Positions 57,018-64,000 of a stretch of DNA of 64,000 nucleotides are shown piece after piece; positions within the stretch are counted from its first letter, which is position 1; every line of letters begins with the position of its first letter. The stretch is taken from NCBI GenBank assembly GCA_043753995.1, contig JAYUVP010000249.1, positions 39,684 through 103,683 on the forward strand. The letters are read 5' to 3'. A model generated the notes under the pieces. That model ran no database searches, had not been told where the DNA came from, and saw only the letters and a program-made list of their open reading frames with translations. Made by a program: the position numbers and the translations under genes. The DNA is from Fibrobacterota bacterium. GTDB lineage: Bacteria > Fibrobacterota > Fibrobacteria > UBA11236.

Positions 57018-58100
57018 TTAGGGTAGGAGGAGGTTGTAGGTGACAAGGCCGGCTGCCAGGAGAAGATTGGCCAGGGAAACGGGCAGGAGAAACCGCCATT
57101 CCAAGGACAGCAAGTGGTCGATGCGCAGGCGGGGAAAGGACCAGCGAAACCACATATAAAGGAAGATGAGGAAATAAGCCTTCAAGCCGAACCAAACCCA
57201 GCCCGGTGCGAAATCCAGGATGCCATCCACGGTCGCAATGCCCACATGCGGTGCCAGGAAACCACCGAGGAAAAAAGTGGCTCCCAGGCCAGCAGCCGCA
57301 AACATGTTCACGAATTCCGCCAAGAAGAACATCGAAAAACCCATGCCCGCATATTCGGTATGGAAGCCACCGGTAAGCTCCGATTCGGCTTCGGAAAGAT
57401 CGAGGGGCCCGCGATTCAGCTCGGCGGTGGAAGAAATCAGGTAAACCAAAAAGGCCAGCAAGCCGGCCACCGGAAGCTTGAATATCCACCAGTCGAAAAC
57501 GGTTCCCTGTTGCGACAGGACTATGCCCCGCAGCGAAGCCGTGCCGCTCACCATCACCACCAGTAACATGCACAGTACCATGGAAAGCTCATAGGAAAAC
57601 ATCTGCGCTCCCGAGCGCATGGAGCCAAGCAGGGAAAACTTGTTATTGGAGGCCCATCCCCCGATGAGAATGCCGAGAACCCCGAGGCCGGAAACCCCTG
57701 CGATATAAATCACGCCCGCGTTTAAATCCACCGCTTGAAGATTGCTGTCGAAGGGCATGATGGCGAGCACCAAGAAGGACCCGGTGATAGGCAGCATGGG
57801 GGCGAGATAATAGGCCAGAATATCCACCGAGCGCGGACGCAAGTTTTCCTTGAGTAGCAGTTTAATCGAATCGGCGATGGGCTGCAGGGATCCATGCCAA
57901 CCCACGCGCATGGGGCCGAGGCGGGCCTGGAAATGGGCGCAGACCTTGCGCTCTAGCCACACGAGAAAGATGGCTGTGACGACGACGAGAGCCATGACTG
58001 AAACCACGGCGATGAGACCATTCGCAAGGGCCGCAGGCAAAGGTGGAAGCAGGTCGCGGACAAGATCGCCTATGGGATGATTAGCGGGATATTCCTTCAT
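57018..58100 (-). CDS. nuoH: NADH-quinone oxidoreductase subunit H
   Basis: 360 aa, 8-TM NuoH/ND1 pattern (WLERKVCAHFQARLGPMRVGWHGSLQPIADSIKLLLKE). Confidence 0.85.
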   Translation of the reverse strand: MKEYPANHPIGDLVRDLLPPLPAALANGLIAVVSVMALVVVTAIFLVWLERKVCAHFQARLGPMRVGWHGSLQPIADSIKLLLKENLRPRSVDILAYYLAPMLPITGSFLVLAIMPFDSNLQAVDLNAGVIYIAGVSGLGVLGILIGGWASNNKFSLLGSMRSGAQMFSYELSMVLCMLLVVMVSGTASLRGIVLSQQGTVFDWWIFKLPVAGLLAFLVYLISSTAELNRGPLDLSEAESELTGGFHTEYAGMGFSMFFLAEFVNMFAAAGLGATFFLGGFLAPHVGIATVDGILDFAPGWVWFGLKAYFLIFLYMWFRWSFPRLRIDHLLSLEWRFLLPVSLANLLLAAGLVTYNLLLP

Positions 58101-59260
58101 CGGTCAATATCCGGGACTATGATGTCCAAGGTGGAAAGAATGGTGACGAGATCGGCGATCTTGCCGCCCGCCGCCATTTCATTGATGCCGGAGAGATTGG
58201 AGAAATTGGGCGAGCGTGACTTGATGCGATAAGGCTTGACGCTATTGTCCGAAACCATATAGGTGCCCTGCATGCCACGGGCCGTTTCCACGGAAGAGAA
58301 ATAGGATCCTGCAGGGACTTTGTAGAGCGGCTTTTCCTTGGAGCGATAGGGGCCTTCGGGAAAGGTGTCGGCGGCTTGTTCCAAGATGCGTATAGACTGG
58401 CGCATTTCTTCCATGCGCACCATATAACGGTCATAACAATCGCCATTCCCGCCGAGAGGAATGTCGAATTGAAAGCGCTCGTAAATGGAATAGGGCTGAT
58501 TCTTACGCACGTCGAAATTCACCCCCGAGGCCCGGCCCACGGGGCCAGTGCAGCCATAGCTCAAGGCTTTCTCTTTGGAGAGGCATCCCACCAGGCGGGT
58601 GCGTTCCCGGATAATGGGATTGTGCGAAAGCAAGGTGTCGAATTCATGAAGGGAAAACTTCATGGCCTCGATGATATCCCTAACCTTGGGAAGGAAGTCG
58701 GCGGGCACGTCGGCATTGGAGCCGCCCGGGCGAAAGAAATTCATGGTCAGCCGCGCACCGCAAATTTCCTCGAAGAGAGCGGTGATTTTTTCGCGTTCTT
58801 TAAAGCCATAAAGAAAAGCCGTCACGGCTCCAAGATCCATGCCGAAGCAACCCCACCAAAGCAAATGGCTTTGAATGCGTTGCAGCTCCGAAATCATGAC
58901 GCGTATATATTCGCCACGTTCCGGAACCCCGATATTCATGGCTTTCTCGATGGCCAGACATACACCGAGATTATTGATGTGGCTGGAGAGATAATCCATC
59001 CGGTCCGTCAGGTGGATGTATTGGAGGAAGGTCTCGTTCTCGCCCATCTTCTCGATGCCGCGATGAATGAATCCCAAGTGGGGTACCACCTGGATGACGG
59101 TCTCACCGTCGAGACGTACCACCAGCTTGAGTACGCCATGGGTGCTGGGATGCTGCGGTCCCATATTGAGGAAGAATTCCTGGGACCCATCGGTGAGCGT
59201 TTGCCTAAGCGAGAATCCCGGTGGCAGCGGGGCATTTCCGAGGCTTGGTACGGAGCTCAA
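58097..59260 (-). CDS. nuoD: NADH-quinone oxidoreductase subunit D
   Basis: [20 protein letters not shown]; ...[11 protein letters not shown]...; 387 aa 49-kDa subunit. Confidence 0.9.
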   Translation of the reverse strand: MSSVPSLGNAPLPPGFSLRQTLTDGSQEFFLNMGPQHPSTHGVLKLVVRLDGETVIQVVPHLGFIHRGIEKMGENETFLQYIHLTDRMDYLSSHINNLGVCLAIEKAMNIGVPERGEYIRVMISELQRIQSHLLWWGCFGMDLGAVTAFLYGFKEREKITALFEEICGARLTMNFFRPGGSNADVPADFLPKVRDIIEAMKFSLHEFDTLLSHNPIIRERTRLVGCLSKEKALSYGCTGPVGRASGVNFDVRKNQPYSIYERFQFDIPLGGNGDCYDRYMVRMEEMRQSIRILEQAADTFPEGPYRSKEKPLYKVPAGSYFSSVETARGMQGTYMVSDNSVKPYRIKSRSPNFSNLSGINEMAAGGKIADLVTILSTLDIIVPDIDR

Positions 59261-60609
59261 TAGGGCCTCTTGACCACGCGGGTCGGATCTTCGAAGTCCT
59301 TGCGAAGCGGATGGCCGGGAAAATCGTCTTCTAGGAAAAGCCTCCGCAAATCCGGATGCCCGGCGAATCGGATTCCGAAGAAGTCATAGACTTCGCGCTC
59401 ATGCCAATCCGCGCCAGCGAATAGACTCGAAAGAGAATCGATTTCCGGATGTTCTTCGTGAGGTAAGCTGCAACGCACAAAAACCTTGTGCCCTTTATTC
59501 ACTGATAAGAAATGCGCCACTAAATCAAAGTGATCTTTCCAATCCACTGCCGTCACATCGATGAGGAGATCGAGCTCTAAGCGAGGGTCATCCTTGAGGA
59601 ATTGCACCAGAGACTTATAGTCTTCTCGCTTGACCGCGACATCGAGCACAAACTCAACTCCCTGCGCGGCGATCTTTTCTGAGATCGTGAGCGGAGCGGG
59701 CGGAATGGCTGGCGCTTCGGCTTTGGGTTCGACTGGGGCGGTGGAGGAAGCCGTCGGTTCCGCAGGCGCAGCGGCAGGCTTCTGGGCTGCGGCTGCCGGT
59801 GCTACGGCAGGTAAGCCATAGACGGTTGCGGTTGGAAAGGCCTTCTCTATAATAGGCCAGATTTCAGCCGCGGGTAAACCTCGCTCCGGCTTGGGCACAC
59901 GGGCCACTTCATCGAACTTGGGACCCACCACACGCTTAATGGTATAGCCTTTATAATCAGGATTCTCTTTCTTGAAAAGCTCCTGCGCTTCCTTCATCCC
60001 CTCTTGCTTGGCCTTTTCCTTTTCTTCCCAGGCCTTGGCGCAATCCGACCAAGCATCCTTGATGGGGGCCGTATGCAGAGGTCGCGGGACGGCTCCAGCC
60101 TTGCGGCCACTGGCGCGAATAATCTCTTGAAGCTGCATGATTCCGAATAGCAAGGACTCGGGGCGTGGCGGGCATCCGGGTATATAGACGTCGACGGGGA
60201 TGAGCCTGTCCGCGCCTTTGACGACGGAATAACTGTCATAATGAAAGGGACCGCCAGATATGGTGCAAGCACCCATGGCGATCACGAATTTCGGTCCCGG
60301 CATTTGCTCATAGAGAGTAATGAGTCGGGGCCCCATCTTCTCGACTATGGTCCCCGCCAACACAATGAGATCCGCTTGTCGAGGAGTCGCGCGCGCCACT
60401 TCAAGGCCGAAGCGGGCCCAGTCATTGTGCGACGCACCCGCAGCCATCATCTCAATGGCGCAGCAGGAAGTCCCGAAAACAAGCGGCCAAAGGGAATTCG
60501 CGCGGGCCCAGCCCACCACGTAGTCCACGGCATTGAGCATGGTTCCTTGCTGTTCGGCAATACTCGGATAAAGCAGGGGCGTCGGATTGGGTTGCGGGGT
60601 CAATCCCAT
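59257..60609 (-). CDS. Fused NADH-quinone oxidoreductase subunits B and C (NuoB N-terminal, Pro/Ala-rich linker, NuoC C-terminal)
   Basis: NuoB part: [29 protein letters not shown]...[12 protein letters not shown]...IPGCPPRPE (N2 cluster cysteines). The linker is about 110 aa, rich in K/E/A/P. NuoC part: [40 protein letters not shown]...[23 protein letters not shown]. Confidence 0.8.
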   Translation of the reverse strand: MGLTPQPNPTPLLYPSIAEQQGTMLNAVDYVVGWARANSLWPLVFGTSCCAIEMMAAGASHNDWARFGLEVARATPRQADLIVLAGTIVEKMGPRLITLYEQMPGPKFVIAMGACTISGGPFHYDSYSVVKGADRLIPVDVYIPGCPPRPESLLFGIMQLQEIIRASGRKAGAVPRPLHTAPIKDAWSDCAKAWEEKEKAKQEGMKEAQELFKKENPDYKGYTIKRVVGPKFDEVARVPKPERGLPAAEIWPIIEKAFPTATVYGLPAVAPAAAAQKPAAAPAEPTASSTAPVEPKAEAPAIPPAPLTISEKIAAQGVEFVLDVAVKREDYKSLVQFLKDDPRLELDLLIDVTAVDWKDHFDLVAHFLSVNKGHKVFVRCSLPHEEHPEIDSLSSLFAGADWHEREVYDFFGIRFAGHPDLRRLFLEDDFPGHPLRKDFEDPTRVVKRPY

Positions 60610-60992
60610 GTGAGGGCCTTTTTCCGCAGGGCATAAACTAGAGCAAAACCGAGTATGGCAATGAAAAGGATGACTTCGAAAAGGAGGAGGGTCGGTGGAA
60701 TCGCGACCGCCGATGTTTCGGTATCTCTTCGCATCACGGATAAGACTGGGAATAGAAAAATGGCTTCGACGTCAAACACCAGGAAGACGAGCGCGAATAG
60801 GTAATAGCCGACTTTGAATTGAATGCGGGCCGAGCCTATAGGCTTTTCACCCGATTCATAAGGGTCAAGCTTGCGGCCCTTGTCCGGGAATCGCGGAGCC
60901 AACAGGTAGGACACTAACATGGCCCCCCCTGCGAATATCGCCCCAATCAGGGCGAAGATACCGATGAGAATGTATTCAGACAATCTGGGCAT
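60600..60992 (-). CDS. nuoA: NADH-quinone oxidoreductase subunit A
   Basis: 130 aa, 3 [43 protein letters not shown]. Confidence 0.85.
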   Translation of the reverse strand: MPRLSEYILIGIFALIGAIFAGGAMLVSYLLAPRFPDKGRKLDPYESGEKPIGSARIQFKVGYYLFALVFLVFDVEAIFLFPVLSVMRRDTETSAVAIPPTLLLFEVILFIAILGFALVYALRKKALTWD

Positions 60993-61216
60993 CCAATCTG
61001 GTGATTCATTGGAGCAAATCTTATGCCTTTTTCAGCGACAGAAACAATACATCCTTCACGCGGTTGAATCGACACAAGCAGTCGTGATTTCGCGGAAAGC
61101 TTGTCAGGATGTCTACAACGAGGCGCCAAATTGTCTGGGTTGAGGCGGGGGGCTTGTTAGGTGGGAAGAGCGGCGTGTATACTTGGAGGTAAGAAATTCA
61201 TATTTCGGAGGTCGCC

Positions 61217-61489
61217 ATGTCGCAACTGGAATTCGCCACCATGTCTTCACGGGGCCAAGTGGTCATACCTGGCGATATTCGAAAGCAATTGGGCCTGGAA
61301 GAAGGCACCCGGTTCATGGTATATAGCGATGGCGTGAACCTATTGATGAAGCCTATTGTCCCTCCCAGCATCGAGGCATTTGAGAAAATGGTTCGCGCCA
61401 GCCAAAAGCACGCCAAGGAAGCGGGATTGAAAAAAAGTGACGTAGCCAAAGCCATCAAGGAAGTGCGCAAGCGTGCTCGTAGTGCTTGA
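61217..61489 (+). CDS. AbrB/MazE/SpoVT-family antitoxin-like DNA-binding protein
   Basis: SSRGQVVIPGDIRKQLGLEEGTRFMVYSDGVNLLMKP is a SpoVT/AbrB swapped-hairpin motif. Its 3' end overlaps by 8 nt the start of a decayed PIN-toxin reading frame. Confidence 0.6.
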   Translation: MSQLEFATMSSRGQVVIPGDIRKQLGLEEGTRFMVYSDGVNLLMKPIVPPSIEAFEKMVRASQKHAKEAGLKKSDVAKAIKEVRKRARSA

Positions 61490-61703
61490 TACCAATGGGG
61501 TTGCCTCCGGGTTTTTATTAGGCGGCCACCCTTTGTCGCGATCCAGATGATGATAAATTTTAAGCTGTGCTGTTTCGACGAATGCCGCTTGGATTGTGTC
61601 GGGCGACAAAGACCTTTTGACCCTGAATGAAGTCGAGTGAATTCCCATCGTTAAGCCTGTGGACTTTATTAAAGCGAACTCAGCCTTGTTTGAGGCTAAG
61701 TAA
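61482..61703 (+). pseudogene. Frameshifted remnant of a PIN-domain (VapC-like) toxin gene
   Basis: Three consecutive frame segments together resemble a small PIN protein: VLDTNGVASGFLLGGHP... (canonical PIN N-terminus with catalytic Asp), then VSGDKDLLTLNEVE* in a second frame, then IPIVKPVDFIKANSALFEAK* in a third. Confidence 0.45.
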
Positions 61704-62471
61704 TCTGGAATGGCTTACCTGTGAGGTTAGCCTCAAACTCTTGGATGTAACGCACTTGCTCTTGGGATAGAAAGGCGGGATCGCTCATCAGCCCAATTTG
61801 TCAAGGCTTTTGCGATGGCGCTTGGAAATGTCGGCATAAACATCTTTGATTTTGTTTTACTTTCGTCATTAAAACGAGTCCACCGGTCCTTCTGTAATCT
61901 CTGAGAATTGTTTAAGAGCGATAATGCTGAGGTCGTTATCAAAATCGTCGACCATCATTCTAATCATTTGCCGATTCAGTGGACTTGAGGTTCGTGGATC
62001 GACCTACAAAGAGGAATACCTGACATTGCGGGGGGATTGGAGGCCTTAATCCTCTCGGAGGATAAACCCACGATCCCCACATTAGCAAAAAGGGCGAATT
62101 TGGCCTGAGAATCCCCATTCCTCGCCCAAGGTCACTCTACCGCTGCCACTGCCTTGGCTACGCCCAAGGTTCTCGAACTGCAATGAATGGCGGTTTCTAC
62201 GGAATAGGCACTGGGTATCGCCAAGTGGGAAATTGCGCATTGTCTGCCTCTGCATGGTTTGCAACCCGCATCCACCACAATGGTTTACAATCCCACGGCC
62301 TTGGTTTCCTTGTCAGAGGCTTTGGCGGATGAGGGTGTTAGGGGGAAGGGAAGGAATGCCTGAAAGACTCTACATCGGCATAGATGGGACCCATAATTAT
62401 TTGATCAAAGCTCCCCGTGCTCTAAAGGAGCCGGGCTACTTTAAGCATTCCCAGGCCAATTTTGCCAGGTT

Positions 62472-62783
62472 TTATTGGAATGTTTTCTCGTCCACCTTCT
62501 CACCTTCGATATTCCAATAGATCCAGATGCCACTCTGCGACCCATTTGTATACTGGCCTAGTGTTGTCTTTCGGTAAGATTCAACGCCCCCAAGATTCAC
62601 TGCAGGTTGGCTCCAAACCTCAAATGGACCGTGCAATTTAGCATTTGCGTTAAGACACGCTTTCATCCATTGGGCTTCATCTTTTCGCTCAAGAAAGGTG
62701 GTTCCCGTAGGACACCCGAAATCAGCTAGGCAGGGCAGGGTGCAGGCGAGAATACTAATCAGGAACAGGGGTGAACGAAGCAT
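62472..62783 (-). CDS. Hypothetical small secreted/lipoprotein (possible MORN-like repeat fragment)
   Basis: MLRSPLFLISILACTLPC signal/lipobox-like start. GQYTNGSQSGIWIYWNIEGEKVDEKTF resembles a MORN/YwqK-type repeat. Lower-GC region. Confidence 0.35.
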   Translation of the reverse strand: MLRSPLFLISILACTLPCLADFGCPTGTTFLERKDEAQWMKACLNANAKLHGPFEVWSQPAVNLGGVESYRKTTLGQYTNGSQSGIWIYWNIEGEKVDEKTFQ

Positions 62784-62800
62784 AGTGGGACCTCCTTCAA

Positions 62801-63994
62801 TCATTGAACGAATCGCAGGTTGTCGAACAGGAGAGGCGGCGCTCCGGCATTGACGTTGATATTGAATTGGAGGGAGAAATCACTGTAATCCCCCCGCAAC
62901 GCCGCAAGTACATCCTCGGGAACCGTAAAGGAAATCGTGGAAAACCGTTGCTGAGGCAAAGGCGTTAGCTCTACGTGGCCAAGATATGCGTTGTGGATAT
63001 TCGCCGAAGGACAGCTCGCCAACAGGTCAACCGACCCTAACCACCACGGATTCGGCTGGCTTCCCGGAAGAAAAACGTCTAGCGCAAGGGTCGCAAGCTC
63101 CCCGGTAATCCCCGCAGTAGCGATGGGCACGCTCTGAAGAGTAAACCAACCCGCTCCTGCAATGCTTAAGGATGCCTTCCCCTCGCTGTATGCAACAGTG
63201 TCCAGAGAAATTAAGGCTTGCGGAGCTGACCAATCAGCGACGCGTCCAAATCCAAGCACTGGATGCCGGTTCGCAGGTGGTTGGGGAGCGGTCGGTAAGT
63301 CGTTTACAACAGGCCAGTCCCCGTATAGAATGCGACCATCTGAGCCTAGAATTGTGATATTTCTGGTGACGTTGTAAACTTCTGAAATACCCTGCCATGA
63401 AAAGTCGTTGCTTTTCTTCCATTTGCCCGGCCAATAGTTCTGGAAATGAATGCCGAATTGGAACCCTGGATCCGATGTGGATTGCCCTGGATTAAGCTGG
63501 AAGGACGTAGGATAGGTGAAATCGGCGAAAACCAGGTTCGGATTCCTAGGATGGTATCCAACGGAAGCGCTTATTGACGAAGGTTCGGTATAGTAGCGGT
63601 CTACCACGATACTTTGGGAAGGCATCTCTCCCCTATCCATCCACATCCGTACGGTGAATCCTTGGAGTTGGCCTTGGGATTGATTTGTTACGATAAGGGT
63701 GGGTTTGGAAATGTCTGGTTCTGAAATTCCGGTTTCTTTCATTTGCACCGAGTAGGGCTGTTGTTGGCCGGGTTTGGAAAGCACCATATCCTTGACGAAT
63801 ACATCCACCGGATGGGTCACGTCGTCAACCATGTATGACTTGACGGTCATCCTGTACAGTCTGTTTTCCGGTAATTGGATGCCACTGTACACGCCAGTAT
63901 TTCCCTCCATTGCGAATGCGGCGTAACCCTTGCCGCCTCCGAAGATGGGAAGATCAGTAGGATTCTTAATCCAAACCACGGTCGGGTCTGCCAT
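62801..63994 (-). CDS. Hypothetical protein, probably secreted and beta-rich, possibly carbohydrate-binding; may extend 5' beyond the window
   Basis: 397-aa ORF with the first in-window Met 6 nt from the window edge, so it may be N-terminally truncated here. Rich in W/Y/N/G/T/S. No catalytic motif recognised. Confidence 0.4.
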   Translation of the reverse strand: MADPTVVWIKNPTDLPIFGGGKGYAAFAMEGNTGVYSGIQLPENRLYRMTVKSYMVDDVTHPVDVFVKDMVLSKPGQQQPYSVQMKETGISEPDISKPTLIVTNQSQGQLQGFTVRMWMDRGEMPSQSIVVDRYYTEPSSISASVGYHPRNPNLVFADFTYPTSFQLNPGQSTSDPGFQFGIHFQNYWPGKWKKSNDFSWQGISEVYNVTRNITILGSDGRILYGDWPVVNDLPTAPQPPANRHPVLGFGRVADWSAPQALISLDTVAYSEGKASLSIAGAGWFTLQSVPIATAGITGELATLALDVFLPGSQPNPWWLGSVDLLASCPSANIHNAYLGHVELTPLPQQRFSTISFTVPEDVLAALRGDYSDFSLQFNINVNAGAPPLLFDNLRFVQ

Positions 63995-64000
63995 TGTGGA

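Noticed and set aside
60993-61216. 224-bp region upstream of nuoA as a possible small RNA or leader
   Set aside because: No convincing terminator, hairpin or conserved motif was found. It most likely just holds the nuo promoter and 5' UTR.
61733-62230. Small ORFs (61733..61942 minus, 62082..62264 minus, 62233..62520 plus) and a 30-aa minus-strand fragment MSDPAFLSQEQVRYIQEFEANLTGKPF in the lower-GC tail
   Set aside because: Too short and motif-free to call genes. They are probably debris of degraded accessory genes like the PIN pseudogene. They are noted only as context for the decay region.
1-64000. CRISPR arrays, transposases, integrases, phage structural genes
   Set aside because: No regularly spaced short direct repeats (>=3 units) and no ORF with transposase or integrase motifs was seen. 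The only repeats are the gene duplications and short hairpins described above.

Overview
This 64-kb window is high-GC chromosomal DNA from a diderm (Gram-negative) bacterium. The lineage could not be assigned; the Big_2 / PSCyt-like cytochrome-c domain content suggests an environmental PVC- or FCB-type organism. No transposase, integrase or CRISPR array was found.

Conserved backbone, in window order:
- A partial Wza/OPX-type polysaccharide exporter with GDP-fucose synthase (fcl), at the window start.
- The classic rpmH-rnpA-yidD-yidC-mnmE block, with an LpxL-family acyltransferase divergent from rpmH.
- rfbB and fmt.
- An MBOAT/SGNH O-acyltransferase pair next to an ArsR/SRPBCC pair.
- An 11-subunit nuoA-N operon lacking nuoEFG, with a fused NuoB-NuoC.

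Accessory features that stand out:
1. An orphan 674-aa DUF4157 zincin-like protein (polymorphic-toxin / eCIS-cargo type N-terminal domain) that carries a second HExxH motif.
2. An eight-gene, translationally coupled lipid-tailoring operon: FabF-like KAS, ACP, two FA-hydroxylase-family paralogues, an FA desaturase, a FabH-like KASIII fused to a heme-oxygenase-like (putatively di-iron) domain, and two unknown proteins, with a divergent 2x[4Fe-4S] ferredoxin.
3. Two inverted paralogous two-gene modules flanking a double-domain U32 peptidase. Each is a small secreted TPR-like membrane-anchored protein plus a giant Ig-like surface protein. One giant carries three CxxCH cytochrome-c-type modules; the other carries six tandem ~90-aa repeats.
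4. A tandemly duplicated pair of secreted CxxCH (PSCyt1-like) proteins sandwiched between two hybrid sensor kinases, each copy followed by conserved hairpins.
5. tRNA-Arg(TCG) followed by orphan genes and a direct-repeat operator-like site.
6. A decayed toxin-antitoxin locus (intact AbrB/MazE-type antitoxin plus a frameshifted PIN toxin) at the start of a lower-GC tail.

All assignments rest on motif-level reading of the translations; no database search was possible.
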